Assembly: GCA_013239625.1 (NCBI GenBank)
Contig: MU054117.1
Coordinates: forward strand, 682,001 to 746,000
Direction of reading: 5' to 3'
DNA length: 64,000 bases
Source: Lama guanicoe
Lineage: Eukaryota
Position 1 is the stretch's first letter. Every line of letters starts with the position of its first letter. Below the pieces are notes generated by a model, which saw only the letters and a program-made list of their open reading frames with translations, ran no database searches and was not told where the DNA came from. Shown here piece by piece: positions 51,029-64,000 of the stretch. The translations under genes and the position numbers were made by a program.

Positions 51029-54000
51029 CAACTACTTGTTGTAAAGCTGTATTGCAACCTCGGTCACTGATTTCAAGGACAGGAGGGCTGCTGCCTGGCC
51101 AGCGGCCAACGGAACAATCACGACGATGCCACCACTCTGAGTACAAAACACCCCGGAGCGTGAAAGTGAATCCTGGTCTCCTTTCTCTGGTTGCCGGCGT
51201 CCAGAGGGAGGGTCGGCTGGGAGAGTCTTCCACAGAATCAGCCAGAAATCACCCTGTGATCCTTTCTGACTCCACGTGGGTCCCTTACCCATTACATGAT
51301 GCTTTACCAGGGGTGCAAGTGACCTCAGAGTGGACGCCCCCTCAGATGAAGGATGGAAGATAAGTTCTGCCGGAGGGAGAGCCCCGCCGTCTCCGTCCCG
51401 GCCCCCAAGCACAGACGCCCCCACTGCAGCCATTTGTGCGTGTTGTGGGGACCCCTTCAAGTGCCCTCTGCTCTCCAGCATTAGTGCCTTTCAGGAGAGG
51501 AGACAGAGGGGCAGCGGGTGACGGGGAGGAGGCCCCCAGGGACGCAGAACTCTTGGCTTCTTCACGAAGCAGCACCACATCCGCTGTGGCTGGTTCCCCA
51601 CGCGGGAGAGCCACTAGGAGACGCACGAGGTAAGACCTTCTCGTGTGGAGATTGTGCATAGATTGAACTAAGACTTGGCCGAGCTAAGAATGTCCACCCT
51701 GGTGAAGTACCGAGAGAATCTCGGTCCCAGCGGCAGGAGGTAACAGCGTGCAATTCGCAGAAGTTTGCGAACCTAAGGACATCTCGCGTTTGCAGAAAGA
51801 AACGGTCATAAACAGAATAGACCTTAGTTCGAACCAGCAGGCAATGGTCTCCATCCAGCAACAGCGAACGTGCGTCCCTGAGAGAGAATCTGCTGGTCGT
51901 CCTTCTTCAGAGACTCCAGGCTCCGAGTCCTCTCTGGTCTCAGACCCCTTAAGGCTCCCGGGGCCACCTCTGCCAGGAGGCGATCGCTTGGTGGCTGTTT
52001 CTCAATTTGTGGCTTCGAGTTGAAACTGTCCCCTCCCAGGAGGAAGGCAGCGGAGAAACATTGATCCTTAACTTAGACGTCACACTGGGGGCGTGGACTC
52101 GAGTCGTGTGGTTGAAGAAACAGGCCCGCTTTCCCCCTCTCTCTTTGTAGAAATAGAAGTTACAGTCCTTACAGTTCATCAGAGAACACGGACGGCTCAG
52201 TTCTTCTCAGTAAATGTACAGAGTCGCAGGCCATCACTGCAACCCACCGAAAATGCCCCCGTAGTCCCAGACTCCCAGGTCTGTCTGCATCAGCCCTGCT
52301 CCCACCCCAGCCCCGCAGTCTGTCCGTCTGCTCGTTTGCCCGCTGAGGGACAGAGGGCCTGCCTCTGCTGGGGCCACTGTGAACGGCGTGGCGTCCTGGC
52401 TCGTCCGGGGCTGGTGCTTCCAGATGTGAGTCTGTGTGATGACCGAGCGGATCCCTGGTCCCTGAACCAACGCGGGGATGACAGCGCCCCCCACCCCCTA
52501 CACCCGGGTCTGCCCTGGGGGGCCTTTCATGTCGCTGAACTCAGGCGCAGTTTCTTGTGACTTTTGGAATTTTGAAACCTCTGGGGATTTGGAGGTGCGT
52601 TTACACAACAGGAGATTGGAAAAGTCTGGAAACTAAAAGGTGCATCTCATACCTACGGGCTGCATGAGAAAGTGGGCGAGAAGCACCTAAAAATGGAGAG
52701 CAGACGGACCGAAACCCGGAACCAGACATCCTAAATTCCGCCGGTGCTCGCCGGCTGAGCGGCAGCTCTCCAGAGCGCAGTGTCCAGGCACTGCGACGGA
52801 GCCGCGGTGGCAGGTGGGCACAGAGAAGGTGGCAAAAGTGAAGGGAGCCTGCGGCTCTTCCCTCCTCTGTGCTTCTGGTGCGAGGAAGACACTGCTGACG
52901 GCCGCTAATCTTGACAGCTTCCCCTGCGCGCTCGGTTCCCAAGGGAAAAGTGAAGGAGGCCCAAGTGAGCCCCGAGTGGCCTCAAGAGAGGACAACACAT
53001 CTGGGGGATTTACTAACATGCACGGGAAAGAAAATGGCCCCTGGGGGACGCCATCTCATTAACACATGAGAAAGGATGAGATTCAGAAAGATGGTCTGAA
53101 GGCTCGGGGCTCCTCCGCGGTCTTCCGTCTGTCTTGAACAATGATTAAAAAAAAAGATTTGAGAACAATTAAGCAATAATGATCTGGTTAAAATAGGCGC
53201 CTATAAAAAGCACTGCAGGGAACACTGGGAGACGTGAGCACACAGGTCAGCGGGTCCTGGCGATGCGCTCGGGGGCGGGTGAGGAGCCTGCTCGCGATGG
53301 CTTCTCCTGCAGGGCTGTGCGTTCCGGGGGGGAGAGTGGGGGCCCCACGTGGGAGGGGGACCCAAGGGGTGTGGGCTCCCCGACTCAAAACAGTGAAGAG
53401 AGGCAGCGTCATCCTGGAAAGTCCAAATTAAGTTTGTGCTAAAACACGGAGACAGAGATTATGAGCGGCTTCGGCAGTGCCGCCAACAGGAAGCCTGGGA
53501 GCCTCCATCCGGGGCTTCCAAGGAGGAACCACTGCAGACAAAAATCAGTTACTTTTTTAGGCCCCAACTTGAAGGCCTGGACAGAATGAGAGTGACTTCA
53601 CTCCTGGGCTTCTGCCAGTCAATTCTTTGCCAGTCTCAGGGGTAACCATTGTGCTTGAGAGAGCTATTCAGAGTGACCTGGCTCGGAGCACCACCCAACA
53701 GATGGACAACCAGGAACAAAAAGCACCGGCATATGGCGACGTATCTGCTGAGGATCACGGAAGGCGCCTTGCAGATGCTTCGGGGACTGGGGGAAGCTGC
53801 TTCTTCGGACGTCTGCAGGGGACCGGGGTGGGGGCAGCCTAGCGGCCTAGCTTTCTTGCGTGGCTTTTAAAGGAAACATGGCTCCAAATCCAGCGTATTC
53901 TAAGATCTACAGGAACACAACCTAATCTCAAGGTGTAAGAATAATCTGATGTAGATTCCATGAAAAAGTCAAGACGAGAGCGCACAAGCACTTTTGCATA

Positions 54001-56366
54001 ATTTGTTTGCAGAAAATGTGGTAATTCAATCTAAAGTCTAAAATTGAAACAAAGAAACAAACAAATAACTCCACCCGTTCCAAACATGGTACAAAAGTCC
54101 CCCAAACAAGAGGGGACCAGTTTCAAAGACGGCAGGTTCCTGGTCTCTTCCCTGTGCCTCCGAGTGCGCCCGGATCCCAGACACTTCCAACTGCCTCAGC
54201 GCTGGTGTCCGTGTGGGCAGAATCGGGTTGGGCGGGGAGGGACGGAGAGGCTCCAGGACTGGCCTCAGACGTGGGTCCGGCAGGAGGAGGTGAGCTCCCT
54301 CCCACCCGAGGGCAGGGCGCTGGGCTGAAGGGCTCCTGCAGCCAGTGTCCTCGGCCCCCTGTCTGGCGGGGACGCCGGCTCCACACACACAGCGCGAGTC
54401 ACCTTCCCGGCAGGGCTGGCGGGGCTCCTCTCTCAGGAGCACGTTTCCCGGTGTTTGTCCTGGGCCTCCCTGGCTCTTGGGCTGACGGTTATTTCCATGA
54501 CTGGGGCTGACTTCTCTTCCAAACTGGGAAGGGAGGTTAAACCCACCACCTAAGCAATCTGGCTGTTTTTCTTGTAGGGGAAGCAGGTGGCGACTCAGGT
54601 ACATTTCCTGGTCACGTCTATCTTCAGGGATGGACAATAGTGAGGTCCCCACTCTAGTTGGTGAGGCCAGCTCTGGTCGGTTCCCTGAGAGCAGGGAGGC
54701 CACTGAAGGTGTCTGAGACCTGTGGCAGCCTTTTCTCCGAGGGTCCCAGTCCCTGTGCGTCATGCCCTCCTTTCTCTTGCTGGTTGAGGCTCCCAGGCAC
54801 CGACCCTCAGAGGGTCCTACCACCCACTGAAAACCCACTTCTGCCGTTTCTCCGTTGGGGGATGGAAACCACTGGCAGTGTGGGAGCGGTTCTCCCAGCT
54901 CAGTGGGGGGGGGGGACGGCTGCTCGGCGCAGAACCCACCGTCGCCCCCTCCCCACTTGGGGTGCCCCGGTCAGAGCCACAGCACCACATCACTGAGCTG
55001 ACGGGGCCTTGTGACTCCACACCGTGGCCGCCCGAGGAGCCTGGGTCAAACCGGCAGCTGAGCATTCATTTCAGTACAACAGCGTGAACTGCAGACACAC
55101 TACAGGTGGTTCTCAGCAAGCCTTGGAACGAGCTCTAACAAAGCAAACATTAGCATAAAGTTGTTGGTTCAGAGCAGCTACAGTCTGAGACGAACCAAAG
55201 GAGGACTTGCACTAAAGGGGAGAATGTTGCCAACTGGGCTACTGGGTATTTCTCTAAGCAAGGCTGGGAATCTCAGAACTTTAGCTCAAGGCAAGACCTA
55301 ACTCCTTCCATTTTAAGGAGCTTTTTTTTTTTTTAAACATGACAGTTTATGTCATATAATTATGACTCAAGAAGTTTGGAGATTCTCTCTACAGTGAAGA
55401 AACGGTCTCCTCCCAAACAGACCCTCCATCAAAAAGCACAAACAATGGTGAGAGTCTGTGACTACAGGTTTATACTCCATGATTTTTTTGTTTTGACTGC
55501 GGCCATGGTCACAGATCCCAGCCAACCCGCCCAGTCAAACGAGGTCACACAGGTCAGGGGACCCACTTTGTTTTCTGAGTATGAATAATCCTTCCTGTGT
55601 AACTCCCACCCCCCAGGGCAGCAGGGCTCAGCTTCCACTTAAGGCCTGGGCTGAGTGGGGGTGGGAGGCAGCGGACATCAGGGGGTGAGGTGTCCCGACA
55701 GCGCTCAGGGCGGATGCTCCCCTTTCTCACCAAAAACTGCCAGAAACTAAGATGAAAGACCTTGCTGTCTGGAAAAAAGTCACAGAGCTGTAATGGTGCC
55801 AACCCCTCGAGGGGCATCTTTACAACCAGTTTTGAGTAAACCTGCTTTACATGTCTGTTTAAAAGCCTTGTCAATGTGTTTAACTCTTTAGTGGTCACGC
55901 TCAGATTTTAGTAACTGAGACCACGGTGCACGGCCCACCCCACAGGTCCGAATCCTGGTCCTGGGGTGGGGGCAGTGACCAGCGTGGCTTGTTAAATGCA
56001 CTGATTTAACACAGAGCGGGGAGGACAGGGCTGCGGGAGTCGGGAGAGAGAGCAAACCTCCCTGAGGAAAAGGACTCTGCTGCTGGCCGTCCTCCCTGAC
56101 GGGGAGTGGGGCCTTGGGACGGGGCTCGGGGGCCAGGATCAGCCCCAGGGAGGAGACGCAGCCACGGTGCTGGTGGGAGAGCCCACCGGCTGGGGAAGTG
56201 CCTCCTCCTGAGAGCATACGTGACGATCAGCCCCTCGGGGGACGAGGGGACAGAGGCACAGCCAACAGGGCAGTTCTGGTTCCTAACACACCCAAAGTCG
56301 GCTAAGTGACGTCGTGCGCCTGGCGGAGCTTAGCAGGACTGGAGGGGCCTGCGAGCAGCTGTGTTA

Positions 56367-57260
<894 letters not shown>

Positions 57261-58299
57261 GTACGCAGATCCCTTCAGGAAAAACAGAGCAAATCCAGCC
57301 CGTCCTTTAGCAGCAGGTTTGTCAGCACACCCTGGAGGTCTGCAGGTTATTCTGTTGTTCATGGAGAGAAGGACCCCAGACTTGTAAGCTGGACCGTAAA
57401 TAACACACCAGGATGCTCCTCGTTTAAAGGAGATGTTGCATGTATTCATTTGCAAGTGGTGGAGAGGTGGTTCCCTGCAAGCCCCCTGAAAGCCTCAGTC
57501 AACAGGGGTGCACTGTCCCCACGTCCCAGGAGAGAAGTGGGGAAGGGCCGGCCCCCTCCTCACACCCAGGCAGGCTGATGTCCTGCAGGCCACTCTGACC
57601 CACGCTTGGCAGGACACCCAGCTCCGAATCCCACGCCGTGGGCACTTTTAGTGTCTCTGACTCACCCACCGGCTGCGGACACCCTTCCACCTCCCCCTGC
57701 CCCAGGCGCTCCACCTGGTGCTCACCCCCCACCCCCTGCTCGGGGTGAGCGAAGGCTGGGCACCCCCTCCCCAGACCCCGGGGCTCCGTGATCAGCAGGG
57801 TGGTCGGTGTCCACAGTCCTGTTAGGGGAATTCTCCCCAGCTGTCAGGCCAAGAGAAAGGCTAGAATAACCTTACCTGTGAGTTAATGAGAGCGCTTTGC
57901 AGCCTCCCATTATTGTAAGATGCTTTCAGATTCAAATGACTCCATTAACTAGCAAGTTGTACACACACTATGTTCAAGTGTGTGGAGCCAGGGGGAAGGG
58001 TGACAACTGAGCTGCAAAGCAACTTTTGGGGGTGTCTGCTGGGGGCAAGCACCCCAAGTGCTGCTCACAGGAGGGGACAGGGAGCCCGAATCCAGGTGGC
58101 CAGACAGGAGGGGCTACGCTCTCAGGCCTCAGTGCCACAGCCTCAGCTGGACTGGGGTGGAGGTGAGGAGGACAGGATGCAGAACTCCCTCTGTGCTGCG
58201 GCCAGAGGGACGCTCTCAGGGAGAGCTGGGGTGGGGGTGGGGGTTTCCCCTGCCCTACAAGGCCGCTGTAGCGTCCACACCACCCCCTCCTGCCCACTT

Positions 58300-58700
58300 C
58301 CAAACCCAGCGTTTCTTTTAGACTCAAATATGCCATCCTTCTTCCCACCACAGGGCCATCGTGCGTGCTGTTCCCTTAACCTGGAACGCTTTTCCATAAT
58401 TCCCTCCTTCCTCTGTCAGCCCCAGCATCTCTCTGCTGGGCAGCCTTCCCCATGTTCCCAGACCAGAGAAGTCTTCCTTACATGTCTTCTTGGAACCACT
58501 TCCCCTCCTTTGGAGCTGAGTCTCAGTTTGGAATTACACACGCATTAGTGGGTTTGAAACATGTATATCCATCTCATGTCCGGCAGCATCTTGCGGAAAC
58601 AGACTGTGGGCTCTTCTGGCTTTTATCTCCGAGGCCTCGCTCAATGCTGAGCATGCGCCGGCATGAAGTCAGCATGAAGTCAGCTCACGGTCTCAGTGCG
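58300..58700. mobile_element. L2 fragment
   Basis: ccacagggcc...gtgctgttcccttaacctggaacgc and a degenerate L2 3' end. Confidence 0.55.
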
Positions 58701-59539
58701 GCAGGTCTGCTGACGGACAGGTGAGTGCCCGGGGCCTGCAGGCCAGGTGGAGATGACCAGCGGGGCTGCAGAGAGGCCCAGAGGAGGTCGAGGCCGCCTG
58801 TGGCTTCTTCCACCTGTCGGGGAGCTGTCAGAATCCCCAGGCGATGCTCCGCTCCCTCCATCCCTGTCTGGCGGCCGCACCTCCCACTGGAGTGCCAGGA
58901 CCCGACCCTGGTTCTCCAGGCTCCTCCCTCCTACTCCTCACCAGGTCCTGCCAGCTCGACTTTGAAGTATTCTAGACAAGTATGAACAGCTGTTACTGTA
59001 TCGATAACACACACGCATCGTGCAGGAAAAGGGAAATACTTACTACAGAGGAATTAGACGCCAGGGCGCAGGAAGAACTGTCCATCACCCCACCACGCAG
59101 AGAGAACCACTGTTAGCCTTTCGGGGTGTATTTTGGACATTTTGGTCCCTGGTTGGTCAGCAGGTCTCCCGCCATGAGTCCTGCCGGTCTTCACACTGTG
59201 GCTGGAATGCTCTCCCCAAAGCACAGGTCGGAATGTGTTCCCCCCCCTTGTGGGGCCAGGAAGTGTCCAGGCAGAGCCGGGTTCAACACAATCAGGACCC
59301 GCCCAAGAAGCAGACCTGCGTGGAGCGGGTGCTCGGCAGGCAGGAGGCGCCTTCTTCAGAGGATTCCAGCATCAGCTGAACAAGCTCTTGGGGGAGGTGC
59401 CTCGGGGGGACTCAGCCCACAGGTGCAGCACTGATCAGGCCCCCAGCCCCCAGCCCCCATCAACGCGTTGTGAGCACTAAGGGGGGGTCAGTGAATCACC
59501 CCGTTTCCCCGGGCACAGCCTGCTGCAGTGGGAGCTGTC

Positions 59540-59690
59540 ATTAACTGTATTTACGGAGGAGAAGAGCGGGTTCTGGAGAGGTTAAGTGGCCTGCCTGTGG
59601 TTTCACAGCTGGTGAGTGGTGGCAGGGGATTCGGTGCCAGGTGGCCCGGCTCCAGGTCCTGGGCCGCAGGACTGAGCTAAATGCTTTCCG
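59540..59690. mobile_element. MIR fragment
   Basis: gagaggttaagtggcctgcc...tcacagctggtgagtggtggcaggggattc...ggctccag. Confidence 0.65.
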
Positions 59691-60399
59691 TGCGCCCTGG
59701 ACCGCGGTGCTCAGCCCCCATGATCTGTGTCTGTGAAGCGGAGACACATGTTCACAGCATCTGCCAGGAAGGTGGGGTTTCATCCCTGCTTCCGGGGGGC
59801 CCAGCTGTTCCGGAGGCTGGTCCAGGAGAGGCTTCTACCTGCCACCCTCACAGCCAGCCCGGGCTGGGGTCTGAAGGCGCCGGGCCAGAGCCCCTCTCTG
59901 GGGCCCATCGTGCATAACTGGCTCTCAGGGCCCGGGCCCCAGCAGCAACTCCTCGGAACTGTCCCTGAAACAGCTCCCCCACTCCAGTTCCAGTTTGGAA
60001 AGCGCAGCGACATGTCTCCCCTCGAGTGCCCTCCTGAGATAGGCCGGGCCAGGGTGGATGAGCAGGTCCCAGGGGAGGTGGCTGCCATCAGGTGCCCGTG
60101 GACACACGACTTCCAGACTCACCTACGATGAGCTGCACTTCAATAAAATGAAAAAAGAACTGTCACGTCAGTTCTGAACAATATATGTGCACTAATAGAG
60201 GAAAAAAATCCCTAAACCATTTGCCTTTGCAACACAGCATCTTTTTCAGCACGACGCCAGGCAGACAGCAAGAACCTAATAAAGACGCCTGCTTGCTGAA
60301 TGATGATTTGGCAAAAGGGTTCTTGCTTGAGCCAACAACTATCCCACACTCAGCCCCCTTTTAAAAGCTGGACCCTCTGTCACTAAGCTATGGCGGGCC

Positions 60400-61200
60400 T
60401 CGTCTGCACCTCTGTCGGTCTGGGGACTACTACGACGACAAAAAGATGCAGTCCCTGCCCAGGAGGGGCTTTTCGCTCGACAGACAGACAGATGTGGAGA
60501 CAGCTACTGCAGAAGTGGGTGGTAATGGTTCTATGAACTGTGGCCGAAGAGCCATGGAAGCACAGGAGGGAGAGGCTGCCTTGGCCGTGGGAGCACGACA
60601 GTGCTTCCCAGAGGAGAGGACTCGTGCGCCAAGTCGGGGGCAGAGCTCCTTCTGCCCCTTTTCCAATTTGTCCTTTACACTCCATGTGGCTCTCTCTAAA
60701 TGCTCTCTCTCAGGAAATTAACTCACTTCCCAAGCTCCTAAAGGCTCAAGAGTCACCCCATTGGGTGAGTCCAAATTTGCAACTACACTTTCTTTGCCCT
60801 CTCTTTTGAGTTCAGGTCATGTTAACCCATAAACCTACTAGGTACTTCTACTGGGCTGGCCTACCATCTCCTCACACTCAAGAAATCCAAACTGAACTCA
60901 TCATCTCCTTCCTAAAACCAGTCCCCAGAAGGCCCCAGACTTGGCAGTCACCTGGCCTACTTCTTCACCAAATGCAGACAATTCTTTATCCATAGCATCT
61001 GTCATCCCTGCTCTTCGCACTGCAGCCACCGTGGTCCTTACTGTCTCCACCTGGATTGGTGGCCCGTGACTCACTCACCCCAAGAAGGCCCTGCTCACAA
61101 ACCTGCAGTGGTTCCACAATAAACAGAAGACTCCAAACCCTTCTGCATGAGCTGAACACAGTAGGTACTCAAAATGTATTTACAGAAAGAATGAAAACAG
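60400..61200. mobile_element. L2 fragments in both orientations
   Basis: aatccaaactgaactcatcatctcc...; acagtaggtactcaaaatgtatttacagaaagaatgaa (L2 3' end). Confidence 0.55.
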
Positions 61201-61343
61201 NNNNNNNNNNNNNNNNNNNNNNNNNNNNNNNNNNNNNNNNNNNNNNNNNNNNNNNNNNNNNNNNNNNNNNNNNNNNNNNNNNNNNNNNNNNNNNNNNNNN
61301 NNNNNNNNNNNNNNNNNNNNNNNNNNNNNNNNNNNNNNNNNNN
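61201..61343. other. Assembly gap (143 N)
   Basis: Run of N. Confidence 1.
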
Positions 61344-61926
61344 TTTGAGACGACTGGCCTATGCTCACTTCTGATCTACAGGAGCAGGTTTGGACTGGCT
61401 AGAAATCGAAGGTGTGATGAATTTCATATATCACGTTTTGTGGCTTCATTTGGCTAATGAAGCAATGGACACTTTAATGGTCTCGCAGAGTTAATGGCTT
61501 TCAAAGAATACAGGTTTAGAACTAGGAGGAAGGCAGTAGCTCTGTCTCGGGTTAAGGAGTACGCTTGTCACACGCAGGGTCAAGGGTGCCTGATGGAGGG
61601 AGGAAGAACTCTTGCCTGGACGGCTTCCTACAGTCGCAGGCTCTATTATTTTTTGCATGCTCTTATTAAAATGTCCCTATTCATTAGAGGTTTTCATTTA
61701 ACTTTACTTTAACTTTTCCATATTGATAAATGTCTGCATCCCACAAGTGCTTTGGTAAGCACTAAGGGAGAGTTCTGGCCTGGGAGGTGGGTGGCGGATC
61801 CTCCACTGGCTCAGAAATTACAAACTAAAAGAGCAATTAAAACATCAGCCTTCATGGTGAGCTCACTTTTTGTATCAGTAACATGAGCTGGAAAAAGAAG
61901 CTCGGAGGAAAACATAAAAGAAACTC

Positions 61927-62036
61927 AAAGAATATGAAAGCTAATGTGTGTCTCTGTGCACGGCTGGGATGTTGTGCCGTGCACCAGGGGCTGACACACT
62001 GTGGCTGACTATACTTCAGTAAAAGCAAAAATAAAG
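61927..62036 (+). mobile_element. Severely 5'-truncated L1 3' end with perfect 12-bp target-site duplication
   Basis: Ends gactatacttcagtaaaa like the L1 at about 63880; flanked by taaaagaaactc at 61915-61926 and 62037-62048. Confidence 0.85.
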
Positions 62037-62969
62037 TAAAAGAAACTCTGACATTGGAAGAAAATAAATATGGCAAAATGGAGACAAGATGATCAACGTG
62101 AACAATGACAATGAAAACGTCGGCCCCCATTTGCTGGGGACCCTGCACCCGCTGGCTGCGCGACACCCGTCATTGCATTCACTTCTCCAGCTGTCCTGAT
62201 AGAGAGGAGTCAACTGAGGCTCGGCTGAGACCCAGGGCCCGTCCAGGATGACACGCCTGGGGCTGGAGTTAAGACCCCAGCCAATGAGACTATAAACCCT
62301 CTGCCCTCGGCCACTGTCCGGGCAGAAATGGCCAATGCGCAGTGTGACTCTCTGACCCTGCACCACGCCGCACGTGGTGTCGATCACAGCCTCTTCCCCA
62401 CTGGCCCCAGAGGGAGCCTCACAGTCTCCCCCAGAGCACATCTCTCGTGGCAGCTCTAATCCATGAGAAGCGCCTGGATCATGACTCCTCACCCCTGTCT
62501 GTAGACACTCCCTCCCCGCTGGCGACAAAGCATCTCTTTCAGCCACAGGAAAAACAGGACCTACCAATGACGTAGATGTCTGGGCCTAAGCTTTTTCACC
62601 TGTTTTAAACATTTCTGGGAAAAAATTGTGAAATAACATGCATACAGAGAAGTGTAAGGAAGAAAGATGTAACAGTGTGTATTTTGTTGTGTAACTATCA
62701 CTTCAGCTCCATAGAAGTCCCACTCACAGCCTCTCCGGGTAGGACCCCCACGTGGCGATAACAAGGGTGGTGGACTTCAATGACAAGCCACATCAGTAAA
62801 CAAGCCCCACGTCTATCAGCAGAGGTAGAAAAAACCATTTCATATAATTCGGCATTTATTCCCCAATCTCTTATGCTCCTTCTGCGTTTCCCATTATTTT
62901 GACTCTCTGTGCTTGATTCTCCACATTTCCCCGACCTCTCTGCAGTTCAACCGTTCTGTTTACACGGCT

Positions 62970-63897
62970 CACACAGCTCAACAACAAAAAACAGACAATC
63001 CAATAAAAAAACGGGCAGAAGACCTAAACGAGCAATTCTCCAATGGAGACACACAAATGACCGACAGGCACACGAAGAAACGCTCAACATCACTAATTAT
63101 CAGAGAAATGCAAATCAAAACTACACTGAGGTGTCACCTCACAGCAGCCAGAATGGCCATCATTAAAAGGTCCACAAACGATAAATGCAGGAGAGGCTGG
63201 GGAGATAAGGGGACCCTCCTACACTGCTGGTGGGAATGTAAATTGGTGCAGCCACTGTGGAAAAAAGTATGGAGATGCCTTAAAAAACTGAAAATAGACT
63301 TACCATATGACCCACATGAAAAGACACACATACCCCAGTGTTCATAGCAGCACTGTTTACAGTAGCCAAGACATGGAAACAACCTCAATGTCCACTGACA
63401 GATGANNNNNNNNNNNNNNNNNNNNNNNNNNNNNNNNNNNNNNNNNNNNNNNNNNNNNNNNNNNNNNNNNNNNNNNNNNNNNNNNNNNNNNNNNNNNNNN
63501 NNNNNNNNNNNNNNNNNNNNNNNNNNNNNNNNNNNNNNNNNNNNNNNNNNATTACTTACGTGTGGAATCTAAAAAATGACATGAATGAACTTAACGTACA
63601 AAACAGAAACAGACTGACAGACATAGAAAACAAACTTACGGTTACCAGGGGGAAAACAGGGAGGGAAGGGATAAATTGGGAGGTCCAGATTTGCTGATAC
63701 AAACTGTTACACATAAAACAGACAAACAAAAAAGTCCTACTGCACAGCACAGGGAGCTGTATTCAATATCTTGCAATGACCTATAATGAAAAAGAATATG
63801 AAAAAGAACAGATATAAATGTATGTGTGACTGAACCACTATGCTGCACACCAGAAACAAACATAATATTGTAAACCGACTATACTTCAGTAAAAAAA
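62970..63897 (+). mobile_element. 5'-truncated L1 (ORF2 C-terminal remnant, 3' UTR and A tail), interrupted by an N gap
   Basis: Translates to [15 protein letters not shown]...[16 protein letters not shown]...[18 protein letters not shown]...LKIDLPYDP, typical of the L1 ORF2 C-terminus; degenerate with an internal deletion. Confidence 0.93.
63406..63550. other. Assembly gap (145 N) inside L1
   Basis: Run of N. Confidence 1.
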
Positions 63898-64000
63898 TTA
63901 GAAAACTCTGCTTACAGCTGTGTCACATCTTCAGTAAGTCAAGTCCCTGCATCTTTCACATTTGCTACTCCAGTCAACGTTTCTAAAATCTGCATTTGTT

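Overview
This is GC- and CpG-rich mammalian genomic DNA, probably camelid judging by its tRNA-derived SINEs (inferred, not searched). The whole window lies inside CACNA1C (Cav1.2 L-type calcium channel alpha-1C), transcribed on the minus strand. Eight coding exons can be read with canonical GT-AG boundaries and compatible phases. In human-style numbering they are exons 6, 7, the MQDAMG mutually exclusive IS6 exon of the 8/8a pair, 9, 10, the 27-nt microexon 11, 12 and 13, covering IS5 through the I-II loop (AID) to IIS4. The rest is intron containing SINEs, L1, L2, MIR, MER33, tandem repeats and four N gaps. Nearly all ORFs in the supplied track are artefacts of high GC. I find no evidence for a new gene system. 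The points worth following up are: (1) strong AT-to-GC remodelling of exons and old repeats that spares the mutually exclusive exon; (2) the second mutually exclusive exon probably hidden in a 132-N gap; (3) a minisatellite built from the exon 9 end and its splice donor; (4) no recognisable exon 9*; (5) a candidate stop-containing 84-nt cassette exon after exon 10; (6) a rare GAG acceptor at exon 7 with an in-frame CAG competitor. Comparisons with human or rodent sequence and repeat consensuses are from memory and need checking.
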